DNA from: Mobula hypostoma
Lineage: Eukaryota
Reading direction: 5' to 3'
Assembly: GCF_963921235.1 (NCBI RefSeq)
Contig: NC_086108.1
Coordinates: 58,034,001 to 58,098,000 of the forward strand
Length of the DNA: 64,000 nt
Both the position numbers and the translations under genes were made by a program. The notes beneath the pieces are model-generated. The model was not told where the DNA came from and did no database searches. It saw nothing but the letters and a program-made list of their open reading frames with translations. Position 1 is the stretch's first letter. Each line of letters begins with the position of its first letter. Shown here piece after piece: positions 50,390 through 62,518 of this stretch.

Positions 50390-50822
50390 AATATCAGACC
50401 AAACATCAGAATAGGGAAAAAAATGTGATATAAGTGACTTTGACTGTGGAATGATTGTTGGTGCCATATGGGGTGGCTTGTGTATCTCAGGAACTACTGG
50501 GATTTTCACGCACAAAAGTCTCTAGTATTTACAGAGAATGTTGAATAAAACAAAAAGTTTCCCGTGAACAGCAGTTATATGGGCAAAAACACCTTATTAA
50601 TCAGAGGTCAGAGGAGAATAACCAGACTGATTCAAGCTAATAGGAAGCTGACAAAAACTCAGATGACACATTACAACAGTGGTGTGCAGAAAAGCATCTC
50701 TGAAAGCACAACACATGAAACCTTGAAGTGGATGAGCCCCAACAGTAGAAGACCACGAACATGTGCTCAGTGGCCACCTTATTAGGTACAGAAGGTACAT
50801 TATAAAGTGGCAACTGAGTGTA
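50390..50822 (+). mobile_element. Tc1/mariner remnant (N-terminal HTH region of the transposase plus TIR)
   Basis: Translates as GKKCDISDFDCGMIVGA... and RGQRRITRLIQANRK...YNSGVQKSISE, typical of Tc1 transposase N-termini. Ends ...aaagtggcaactgagtg-TA. Confidence 0.75.
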
Positions 50823-52453
50823 AGTGTTCAGTTAGCTGACCTCAAAATTAGCCATTGCATTCATCAAAGAGGAAGGCAATTACAGCTATGGTTCCTGCTC
50901 CTAATCATTTTACAGAACTATTTTTTTTAGAAATCAGTGATACAAAACCTCAAGCAACATTGTTGGTGCACATACTTGAAAGATAACCACATAAAAGATG
51001 AATTGGACAATGCTGTCTTGTATCTGTATTGGGAGGGAACTGGGAGATGAAAGAAAGATGCCATGGCTGTGGATTATCCTAGGTTTTATTTGAGGGGAAA
51101 AAAGATGATTGTTTACATCGTGGAAAACACTCAGGAAGAGTGTTTTCGTTTTGCTTTTCCATTTTTTTCCCACTGGCTTTTGTTGGTATATGACTTCACT
51201 CATGCAGACAACATTTTTGAGTTTATGGTTGAAGAGTCTGCAGGTACTTGTATTAGTAAAATAGGTGTTACAGAGATGTGCTTTTGACATTTCTGGAAAA
51301 GTCATCAACATGAGAGAATTCACTTCCTCAATTGGAACTGATATAAAATTGAAAAGAAAAAAAAATCATTGAAGTTAAAAATAAAATCATCTATGGCCCA
51401 TTTCATAAAGTTTAATGTTAAAATGCAGTGTAATAATTTACACCTTAAAACAATTCCACTTTTATTTTGTGCTCTTTCCTTTGGAACAAGAGATGATTGA
51501 TCCTTTTTGTGTAGCACTATCTTGTAGTTGCCAGCCTCCTCCATTCTTTTCATTCTGGGAGGGAATACAGATACTCCTCCATATCCTCTACTGTTTTTTA
51601 ATCACGACACAGGCAACAAGACCTGGATTTCTCTTTGAGGCAGATGGCCTATCAGTTGCATCACTGGAGGGGAGCCTCTTAAGTGGATGAGGTGAGAATC
51701 GCACAAAACACCTTAAAGATTAGGTTAGTCACCATCACAGCAAACTCATAACCAAAGCAGGTTACCCAGCAGCGATAATGCCAGAGTGTTAAACCCTTGA
51801 AAAGGAGGTCTGTTTTCAAATGTGGTCTCCACTGAGACAAATCGACAGAATTTCAACTGTTAGATTATCTATGCAAGAGGAAAATGGTTACAGGTCTTTC
51901 ACAGCATTAGTCACACATGCCTTTTTGGCTCTCTAACAGTGTGTTGGAGATGCCCACCAGTTAGGTCATTTTCTTCTCCTTTCTGTGGAGAACTGCATGG
52001 ATATAGTTGTCAGTCTGTGAATATTGGAGAAACTAGTGTGTAATTAAGCATGGGGAGTCTAATAATAATGGTGTGATGTTGAATGTCTAAGTCATTATCT
52101 CAAGTTGATTTTAGTATACCTTCTTAGAATATAAGTTGAAAATAATTTATTTGAAGATATGAAAGTCACAACCATTTTTTTACATTTGGAATACTCTATC
52201 TTGCATTTTGTAAAACAATTGAAAAATACCTATATAATTTGATATTTGTTTTGGAAGTATGTTTAAAACAACAATAACTACATAGGCAAACCAAAGAGGA
52301 CCTTGTTTATTTGGGATTTTTGCATTCGTAGCTTTTCAGAAATGATTTGCAAACCATCAGAGCTTTTAACTAGTAAAATTATAATGGTAAACAATGACTT
52401 TTGTGTATAAAGTGACTGTGATCTATAAAATAATTGTTCTTTTATATTTTTAG

Positions 52454-52523
52454 GTTGAAGAATTTGCCATTCAGTTTTACTAAACTTAAAGAACTGGCAG
52501 CATTGTGGCTATCTGATAACCAG
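52454..52523 (+). CDS. LRRC7: LRRC7 internal coding exon: (R)[23 protein letters not shown]
   Basis: Acceptor ttcttttatatttttAG and donor GTaatg. 70 nt, phase 2 to 0. The peptide matches the recalled LRRC7 LRR end/LAPSDa ([14 protein letters not shown]). Confidence 0.95.
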
Positions 52524-53372
52524 GTAATGAAACATAAATATTGTCAAAAGAAAAAGATACCAAATAGCGTCTAAGATAAACTATACTTACTTCAGCATCT
52601 GACTTTAGAGAAAATCCTTCTCTACTTACAACAGGTGGAAAATGTAGGAAGAATTTTACATTCCCCACTTTTCCTCTTTTGCCGACATTCAGGTGCAGTA
52701 GGCATCATTAGCATCACCAGGTTGAAAAATTGTTGTTGCATGGGGGAAGAAGATCAAGATCTGAACTGTTACAAGTTAGGCGGAAACTAAAGGGGCAATG
52801 AGGTGAGTGAGAAAAGGGAATGGAAAAAGTTTGTGGAAGGATTAGAAAACAAAGCTGGAAACGTTAAAGGGAAAATAAGCAAAGGATAAGGAGAGTGGGA
52901 ATGAGGGGAAATAGGAGAGGGACACGACTTAAAAGAGAGAAAATGGGAAAACATACAGCAAAAGAGAACATGAAGAAAATGCGATAAGGAAAGGGGCAAT
53001 TGACGGCATTGCAGGGACAGAATGAAAATGTGATAGTGAGTTTAACAAAGAAGGCAAAGTGAATGACAGTGACGGGAAATCTAAAAGGATGAGAGCTAAG
53101 GAAAGATGGAATTGAGAAATGAGAAGAAAACAGAAGTTGGTAGCAGTTATGGAGGATAAAAGTGGAGGAGGTGGCTAGTAAGCATTATTGCATGAAGGAA
53201 AGACCACAACAGCATTAATAGAGAAGGACTGGGGCCAGCAAGTGCACGGCACAGAGAGCTTGGATTAACTCTGGGCACAATGAGTAACAACTTTATCATG
53301 ACAAGGAGAAAAAGCATTTCAGCAGAAAAGTGGAGGGGACAAAAATCAAAAACTGAGCCGGTAAGAATGGAC

Positions 53373-56300
53373 TAAAGTTGAAAGTAAAATTTATTATCAG
53401 AGTACATACATGTCACCACATACAAAACTGAGATTCCTTTTCTGTGGGCATACTTAGTAAATCTACAGAACAGTAATTGTAAACGTCAGGCCCTGTAAAC
53501 AAACTGTGCAACTGCAGATACAATAAATTGCAATAAATAATGAGGATGAAATAACAAGATAAAAGAATCCATAAATGAGTGTAGTTATCCCCTTTTGTGC
53601 AAGAGCCTGATGGTTGAGGGGTGGTAACTGTTCTTGAACCTGGTGGTGAGAGTCCTGAGGCACCTGTACCTTCGACCTGATGGCAGCAGCGAGAAAAGAG
53701 CATGGACTGGGTGGTGAGGATCTTCAATGATGGATGCTGCTTTTCTGCGGCAACGTTTCATGCAGATATGCTCAATGGTTGGGAGGGCTTTACCCATGAT
53801 GTACTGGGCCATATCCACTACCTTTTGTAGGATTTTCCGCTCAAAGGCATTGGTGTTCCCATACCAGGCCATTATGCAGCCAGTCAGCACACTTTCCGCC
53901 ACACACCTATAGAAGTTTGCCAGGTTTTTGATGACACACCGAAACTCTGCAGACTCCTGAGGAAGTAGAGGCAGTACACAGAAACATAGAAAACCTACAG
54001 CACAATACAGGCCTTTTGGTCCACAGAGTTGTGCCGAACATGTCCCTACCTTAGAAATTACTACGGTTACCATAGCCCTCTATTTTTCTAAGCTCCATGT
54101 ACCTATTGAAGAGTCTCTTGAAAGACTCTATCATATCTGCCTCCACCACCGTTGCCAGCAGCCTATTCCACACACTCACCACTCTCTGCGTAAAAAACTT
54201 ACCCTTGACATCTGCTCTGTACCTGCTCCCAAGCACCTTAAACCTGTGTCCTTTTGTGGCAGCCATTTCAGCCCTGGGAAAAACCCTCTGATTATCCACA
54301 TGATCCATGCTTCTCATCATCTTATACACCTCTATCAGGTCACCTCTCATCCTCCATTGCTCCAAGGAGAAAAGGCCGAGTTCACTCAACCTGTTTTCAT
54401 AAGGCATGCTCCCCAATCCAGGCAACATCCTTGTAAATCTCCTCTGCACCCTTTCTATGGTTTCCACGTCCTTCCTGTAGTGAGGCGACCAGAACTGAGC
54501 AGAGTACTCCAAGTGGGGTCTGACCAGGGTCCTATATAGCTACAACATTACCTCTCGGCTCCTAAATTCAATTCCATGCTTGATGAAGGCCAATACACTG
54601 TACGCCTTCTTAACCACAGAGTCAACCTGCACAGCTGCTTTAAGCGTCCTATGGACTCGGACCCCAAGATCCCTCTGATCCTCTACACTGCCAAGAGTCT
54701 TACCATTAATACTATATTCTGCCATTATATTTGACCTACCAAAATGAACCACTTCACATTTATCTGGGTTGAACTCCATCTGCCACTTCTCAGCCCAGTT
54801 TTGCATCCTATCAATGTCCTGCTGTAATCTCCGACAGCCCTCCACACTATTCACAACACCCCCAACCTTTGTGTCATCACCAAACTTACTAACCCATCCC
54901 TCCACTTCCTCAACCAGGTCATTTATAAAAATCATGAAGAGTAAGGGTCCCCGAACAGATCCCTGAGGCACACCATTGGTCACTGACCTCCATGCAGAAT
55001 ATGACTCGTCTACAATCACTCTTTGCCTTCTGTGGGAAAGCCAGTTCTGGATCCACAAAGCAATGTCCCTTGGATCCCATGCCTCCTTACTTTCTCATTA
55101 AGCCTTGCTGAAATCCATATACACTACATCTACTGCTCTTCCTTCAACAATGTGTTCAGTCACATCCTCAAAAAATTCAGTCAGGCTCGTAAGGCATGAC
55201 CTGCCTTTCACAAAGCCATGCTGACTATTCCTAATCATATTATACCTCTCCAAATGTTCATACATCCTGCCTCTCAGGATCTTCTCCATCAACTTACCAA
55301 CCACTGAAGTAAGTCTCACTGGTCTATAATTTCCTGGCCTATCTCTGCTCCCTTTCTTGAATAAGGGAACAATATCCGCTACCAATCCAATCCTCCGGGA
55401 CCTCTCCCGTCCCCATTGATGATGCAAAGATCATCGCCAGAAGCTCAGCACTCTCCTCCCTCATATCCTACCTGAGCCTGAGGTACATCTCATCCGGTCC
55501 CGGCGACTTATCCAACCTGATGCTTTCCAAAAGCTCCAGCATATCCTCTTTCCTAATATCTACATGCTCAAGCTTTTCAGTCTGCTGCAAGTCATCTCTA
55601 CAATCACCAAGATCCTTTTCCATAGTGAATACTGAAGTAAAGTATACATTAAGTACCTCTGCTCTTTCCTCCAGTTCCATACACACTTTCCCACTGTCAC
55701 ACTTGATAGGTCCTATTCTTTCACGTCTTATCCTCCTGCACTTCACATACTTGTAGAATATCTTAGAGTTTTCCTTGATCCTGCCCGCCAAGCCCTTCTC
55801 ATGACCCCTTCTGGCTCTCCTAATTTCCTTCTTAAGCTCCTTCCTGTTAGCCTTATAATCTTCTAGATCTCTAACATTACCTAGCTTTCCGAACCTTTAG
55901 TAAGCTTTTCATTTCTTCTTTACTAGATTTATTACAGCCTTTGTACACCACGATTCCTGTACCCTAACATAACTTCCCTGTCTCATTGGAACGTACCTAT
56001 GCAGAACTCCACACAAATATCCCCTGAACATTTGCCACATTTCTTCCATACCTTTCCCTCAGAACATCTGTTCCCAATTTAAGCTTCCAAGTTCCTGCCT
56101 GATAGCCTCATAATTCCCCTTACTCCAATTAAATGCTTTTCTAACTTCTGTGTTCCTATCTCTCTCCAATGCTACGGTAAAGGAGATAGAACTGTGATCA
56201 CTATCTCCAAAATGCTCTCCCACTGAGTGATCTGACACCTGAACAGGTTCATTTCCTAATACCAAATCAAATACAGTCTCTTCTCTTGTAGGCTTATCTA

Positions 56301-56640
56301 CATATTGTGTCAAAAAACCTTCCTGAATACACCTAACAAACTCCATCCCATCTAAACCCCTTGCTCTAGGGAGACGCCAATCAATATTTGGGAAATTAAA
56401 ATCTCCCACTACAACAACTCTGTTATTACTACACCTTTCCAGGATCTGTTTCCCTATCTGCTCCTTGATATCCTCGCTACCGTCGTGTTTTCTTCGTGAT
56501 TATATTTATACGATGAGTTCAGGACAGATCTTCTAAGATAGTGACTCCCAGGAATTTAAAGTTACAGACCCTCTCCAGCTCCGATCCTCTGATGATTACT
56601 GGTTCATGGACCTCTGGTTTCCCTCTGCTGAAGTCTCCTA
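53373..56640 (-). mobile_element. Rex1/Babar-like LINE 3' fragment (own segments 53373-53975 and ~56476-56640) split by a CR1
   Basis: ORF 53585-54073 contains NFYRCVAESVLTGCIMAWYGN...AASIIEDPHHP. 56580-56636 is the reverse-complement homologue of 18635-18692. Confidence 0.8.
53976..56475 (-). mobile_element. Relatively young 5'-truncated CR1 LINE (EN C-terminus, RT, 3' UTR) with stops and small deletions
   Basis: Consecutive ORF fragments GDFN..SDH (56059-56409), KSPGPD, NYRPV.LTS..DFSKA, GVPQGSV.GP..KFGDD and RGDLIEVYK. Tail (catagaaa). Confidence 0.9.
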
Positions 56641-56873
56641 TCAATTGTATTTCTGTTGTAACTGTTGTATTTCTGAAAAGTCTTGAATTTAATGACCTGC
56701 CAAATCCCTCTTATTTTGGCCTGCATAAGGTAGAATGTCTTTGTGAACTGGTTAAACAGAGATTAGTAGTGCAAGAATTTCTGGTGTAATATAAAAAGAC
56801 AAATGAACTAGGAAAATTCTAAAAAAAACTTTTTTTGCTGAAGGTTGTTCTAAATTTCCTGCAGCAGCAGTAA

Positions 56874-57950
56874 ATGGGAAGTGGCAGATTAAACTGCATT
56901 GGCGCTGCTTCCTGCACGCATGCAGAACTCGTTGACTTTATTAACTTTGCCTCCAACTTTCACCCTGCCCTCAAGTTTACCTGGTCCATTTCCGACACCT
57001 CCCTCCCCTTTCTAGATCTTTCTGTCTCTGTCTCTGGAGACAGCTTATCCACTGATGTCTACTATAAGCCTACTGACTCTCACAGCTATCTGGACTATTC
57101 CTCTTCTCACCCTGTCTCTTGCAAAAACGCTATCCCCTTCTCGCAATTCCTCCGTCTCCGCCGCATCTGCTCTCAGGATGAGGCTTTTCATTCTAGGACG
57201 AGGGAGATGTCTTCCTTTTTTAAAGAAAGGGGCTTCCCTTCCTCCACTATCAACTCTGCTCTTAAACGCATCTCCCCCATTTCACGTACATCTGCTCTCA
57301 CTCCATCCTCCCACCACCCCACTAGGAATAGGGTTCCCCTGGTCCTCACCTACCACCCCACCAGCCTCCGGGTCCAACATATTATTCTCCGTAACTTCCG
57401 CCACCTCCAACGGGATCCCACCACTAAGCACATCTTTCCCTCCCCCCCTCTCTCTGCATTCCGCAGGGATCGCTCCCTACACAAATCCCTTGTCCATTCG
57501 TCCCCCCCATCCCTCCCCACTGATCTCCCTCCTGGCACTTATCCGTGTAAGCGGAACAAGTGCTACACATGCCCTTACACTTCCTCCCTTACCACCATTC
57601 AGGGCCCCAAACAGTCCTTCCAGGTGAGGCATCACTTCACCTGTGAGTCGACTGGGGTGATATACTGCATCCGGTGCTCCCGATGTGGCCTTTTATATAT
57701 TGGTGAGACCCGACGCAGACTGGGAGACCGCTTTGCTGAACACCTACGCTCTGTCCGCCAGAGAAAGCAGGATCTCCCAGTGGCCCCACATTTTAATTCC
57801 ACATCCCATTCCCATTCTGACATGTCTATCCACGGCCTCCTCTACTGTAAAGATGAAGCCACACTCAGGTTGGAGGAACAACACCTTATATTCTGTCTGG
57901 GTAGCCTCCAACCTGATGGCATGAACATCGACTTCTCTAACTTCCGCTAA
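56874..57950 (+). pseudogene. Penelope-type RT thumb plus GIY-YIG endonuclease reading frame (358 aa, N-terminally truncated; the ATG lies in flanking DNA)
   Basis: PLE RT motifs LKFT, LPFLD, VYYKPT, YLDYSSSHP and QFLRLRRICS. Cys/His linker C..NKCYTC. GIY-YIG variant GVIYCIRC..CGLLYIGETRR.L..RF.EH and terminal G.N. It appears to begin just after the RT catalytic aspartates. Confidence 0.88.
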
Positions 57951-58383
57951 GGCCCCACCTCCCCCTCGTACCCCATCTGTTACTCATTTTTATGCACACA
58001 TTCTTTCTCTCACTCTCCTTTTTCTCCCTCTGTCCCTCTGAATATACCTCTTGCCCATCCTCTGGGTCACCCTCCCCCCTCCTTGTCTTTCTTCCGGGAC
58101 GTCCTGTCCCATGATCCTCTCGTATCCCTTTTGCCTATCACCTGTCCAGCTCTCGGCTCCATCCCTCCCCCTCCTGTCTTCTCCTATCATTTTGGATCTC
58201 CCCCTCCCCCTCCAACTTTCAAATCCCTTACTCACTCCTCCTTCAGTTAGTCCTGACGAAGGGTCTCGGCCTGAAACGCCGACTGCACCTCTTCCTAGAG
58301 ATGCTGCCTGGCCTGCTGCGTTCACCAGCAACTTTGATGTATGTTGCTTGAATTTCCAGCATCTGCAGAATTCCTGTTGTTTG
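56892..58383 (+). mobile_element. 5'-truncated Penelope-like retroelement (RT C-terminus, GIY-YIG endonuclease, 3' UTR with hammerhead cassette)
   Basis: Uninterrupted frame to 57950, pyrimidine-rich UTR, then hammerhead cassette 58249-58380. Possible short TSD agatta at 56886-56891 and 58384-58389. Confidence 0.92.
58249..58284 (+). ncRNA. Minimal hammerhead ribozyme motif with a cleavage-site substitution (GTC to GCC)
   Basis: agtc-CTGACGA-agg gtctcgg cct-GAAAC-GCC-gact. The sister copy at 17838-17873 has GTC. Confidence 0.75.
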
Positions 58384-58677
58384 AGATTATCCACCAATTA
58401 TGTTTGCACTTATTTCTGCCACTGCTAAGGGTTAAACTTAAATTTAATGAAAAAGATCAAAAGGAACAACCCTAGTCACCTGCTTCATAACAAAGTGGTT
58501 TGTTTTCAACACCTCATCATCAGTATCCTTTCACTAACCCCGGCCAGAGCTCAGATGTCTGTCTGAACTGCTTGTCAATTCAGCTTCTGAGGGGATACTT
58601 AAAATAGCTATTTTAAACAAGCACTTACTTGAGCAAAGAAACTTTTGATCATGTAGGTAGCTAAGTTGCTGGAAAAG

Positions 58678-59640
58678 TACATAGAACACAGAACAGGCAC
58701 TTCAACCAATGATCGTGTGTGAAACTAATTAAGCTAATGATGCCTAATTACAGTAATCCCTTCTGCCTGCACGTGGCCCATCTCCCTGCACGTGGTCCAT
58801 CTCCCTGCACGTGGCCCATCTCCCTGCACGTGGCCCATCTCCCTGCACGTGGTCCATCTCCCTGGACGTGGCCCATCTCCCTGCACGTGGTCCATCTCCC
58901 TTCACGTGGCCCATCTCCCTGCACGTGGTCCATCTCCCTGCACGTGGCCCATCTCCCTGCACGTGGCCCATCTCCCTGCACGTGGCCCATCTCCCTGCAC
59001 GTGGTCCATCTCCCTGCACGTGGCCCATCTCCCTGCACGTGGTCCATCTCCATGCACGTGGTCCATCTCCCTGCACCCTCTGCTTATCCAAGAGCCTATT
59101 AAATATCTTTATCATATGTGTATATTACACTCTCTGTGTAAAAAAAAAAATCTTGCCCCACGTGTTTCCTTTGAATTCTCCTCCTCTGACCTTAAACACA
59201 GGACTGCTGCTGTGAGATACTCTGACCCGGGCAACAAAACACCAGTTGTCTGCTCTGTCTATGCCTCTTGTAATTTTATAAACTTCAATCTAATTTCTCA
59301 TCAACCTCCACCACTCCAAAGAAAACAACTCTAGTTTCTCCAACTTCTCCTTTACATATACTGCCTCTAATCTGTGTAAATCTCTTCTGTGCCCTCTCTA
59401 AAGCTTCCATGTCCTTCCTGTAATGGGGCAACCAGAACTGAATGCAGGATTCCAGATATGGCCAAACAAGAGAATTATAAAGTAGCAATGTAACTTCCTG
59501 ACCTTGAACTAGGTACCCCAAATAATACTGTACAGGCAAGCATGTCATATGCCACCTCTACTAGTTATTATCTTGTGCAGTCCCTTTCAGGGAGCATTGA
59601 ACTTGGATCTCAAGATTCCCTTGCACATTAGTGCTGTTGA
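58678..59640 (-). mobile_element. CR1 3' fragment hosting the 19-bp minisatellite in its 3' UTR
   Basis: ORF 59285-59548 LYNSLVWPYLESCIQFWLPHYRKD. Tail catagaacacagaac. Confidence 0.75.
58767..59076. repeat. 19-bp minisatellite CTGCACGTGG(C/T)CCATCTCC x16
   Basis: Direct count: 16 full units plus a partial one. 15 units contain CACGTG. Confidence 0.97.
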
Positions 59641-62364
59641 GTAAGCTAGTAAAAGTAACAATGCACGAAATTCCTTTACATTTTTTCTAGCTCACCAGAT
59701 ATTCACTCCTGATTTCTCTTGTTGGCTCTCATAAAACAAACCCAATGAAGCCTAAGTTCTACCACATGATAGAACGATATGTCTGAAGGGTAATTATCTT
59801 CACAATGAACCTAACAGATAGTGCACTTTTGCAGTAGCCTCTTTAAACTAGCCATAAATCTTCAACAATTTGGATATTGAAATAACCACAGCCTTCTCCT
59901 ATTCAGTCTTGAGCTTCCGGTGGCAAGGCTTTCGTAATCAAAATAAAGTCATTATGCAGCAATTATTAACATCAGCAGGGAATACGCCTATTTGCTGTGA
60001 GCATTGGATCTGCTTCAATTTATTCTTTAATTTAAAAAGCTTTAACATGTACATAGCTTTGCTTATTAGAAAACATGGAGACATCCCCTACATCAGATAA
60101 TTGCCAAGAGGAGCAATGCACAGAGTACGATGTCTCCCCTGTGTCCCAATCTGGAAATGACAGGTGAAACCATGTGTGGTAGTGGCAAGACTAGAAGAAG
60201 TTGTGGCTTTATTTAATTTTCTCCCATCCAAAGTGAATGACAGATGCTTCCTCTTCCTTTCTAGTCTGTACATAAATCTGTGCATTTTTTCAATAGATTG
60301 TTGCTAAAGTGTACATATTTTGCACTATTGTTATAAGAACATTCCTGAATGTCTTGTGATAGTCTGTCACCATTTTCACAGGCTGAACAGTTATAAATTG
60401 TAAATCTGAAATCAGTACAAATTTATTAATGTAAGATAATTAATTTTTAATTAAAGGAAAATATATTATTAGATGTGAGTAATAGCTTTGTTTCATATTT
60501 TAATTTACAATTTTTTATCTTGAAATATGACAGACAGAAAATACGGGAAAGTTAGTTAACTATATTTCAACCAATGTTTGTAAGGTTTTACTGAATGACT
60601 GTACAATATTAATTTTGTGCTTTAAGAACAAGCCAAAATGCTTTATAGCAAATTAATTGCTTTTGAAGTGCAACTAACATTGTTTTATGGGCAAATAGGT
60701 GCAGATTAAATACTAAATGACAGCAAATAATTTCTCTCTTTCACTTCAATGTGAAAGATAGTTTCCATACTTTGTTTGACAAAGTATGGCCTCTGTTTAA
60801 TGTCAATTTATACCACCACAGAAAGGCACTATGGTACTGTAGATTATGTTCTCAAGTGCTTGGTCTGAGAATTTTCTGGTTCAAAGATTGAGATTGCCAC
60901 TACTAAATGAATGAGGTGATATTTATTGCTGATGCCTATTTTTCTTACTAAGGATAACAGCCAAAGTCTCAGTGATGACTTAGCATTACTGACAACTTGA
61001 TTAAAGAATGTTCTTATTTATTACTTTCACTTTTCAAAGTATATTTTGTTCTGTTGCTTATGCATAATTATTTTAAAAACTCTATTTATCCCTATTAATT
61101 TCTACTGTTATATTTGTTTTTTTTTAATTTTCTTTTTGATTGTGATTATTCCAAAATTTAATAGTAAGATAAATAAACATGAAAATTATAAGCCTTTTAT
61201 TCAAATGTGGTTCTGTGCAAATTACTATTTTTTTTATTATGAACCGTGTCTTGAATATTTGGCTATATGGATGACCTACGCATTACAAGGGGTTGTGTTC
61301 CTCGAGAAGTGTCTATATAGTGATTTTCCATAGCACAAAATCCTACTTCTGTTTGAATTCTATGTTATAAATGGAGATTCATTCCTATGGGATGTTTATA
61401 TCTCAGCAGTAGTGATGAGCTGTTGTACTGTAGCTGTTGTTTCACAGTGGAGGGGTGATCGGCATTTCAGAAATTTGCTATGAAAACTGGCAAAGCACTC
61501 TCGAGTGGCCAGCAGCTGTGTTTGGAGACACAAGCAAATGCAGATGCTTATCGCCTTCCGGCCTTCAGCTTGAGTGGTGACATATACATTTAAAAGCATA
61601 TCAAATATAGGTAAGATAGTTTAATAATAAAATTCACAACAAATAACAGTGGTTGTTTTGGCTTGCAACTTGCACTTAAACTTGCTCGCCCTGTTTCAGA
61701 TATTTTTAGGTTAAATTATGCACGAAACTCTTGAGGATAAAAAGCATCTGCTGTACAGCGAAATGAACCTACTACACTACTAAAGAAAACATATTATCTG
61801 TGACTATGTCAAGAAATGCAAGTTTTAAAATAAATTAACAGTAGACAAGTTTCTTTCACATTTTCTGGTTATTTATTTATTTTCCCCCCACATTAATTCT
61901 GTGAGGATAAACTTTATCCCATATCGCAGTGATTTGGGGATTACGTAAGGGTGAATTTCCAGAAGTTAAGCGCCATAGGATGGGTGCTTGAGCTAATCAA
62001 CGACAACTGCTTTGGCATGTTTGATGAGTTAAATAGAAACATTCTGAGGAGGTAACTAACATGATAGGTTTTGGATTATTTATCAGTATTATTTTTATGG
62101 TTAGTCATTATTTTGAGCATTACCTTTATTCCAAGAATGCTGGAATACAAAAGGCTAGAAATGATTTGATGGCTGATCAGAACTCTGCTTTGATGCCATC
62201 TAGAATAGTTTTAAAACTTTTACCTCAAAACTGACTATATGAAGTATATATTGACCTTGAAGGGTGAAGTTTAAATTCACTGGGAATAAGAGGTTTAAAT
62301 AATGAAGATGCTGCTTAGAATTTTGGAAAAAGCTGATCAAGCTAAACTGTTTGAAAAGAATAAA

Positions 62365-62471
62365 AATCAGAAACCGTTTTCAATATCACTGGCATACATA
62401 TTGAAATTTGATGTTTTGTGGCAGCAGTACATTGTAATACATAATAAAAACTAAAATACATTAAGTATATA

Positions 62472-62518
<47 letters not shown>

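Noticed and set aside
16575..52523. ERBIN as the host gene
   Set aside because: Residues such as [27 protein letters not shown] and [12 protein letters not shown] fit my recollection of LRRC7 rather than ERBIN. A BLAST search would be decisive.
52780..53370. Purine-rich (GA) stretch downstream of the last exon
   Set aside because: Low-complexity, with no periodic unit, ORF or recognisable element that I can support.
58719..59334. Overlapping repetitive ORFs (HVAHLPARGPSPCTW.. and reverse)
   Set aside because: Translations of the stop-free 19-bp minisatellite on both strands, with no coding signal.
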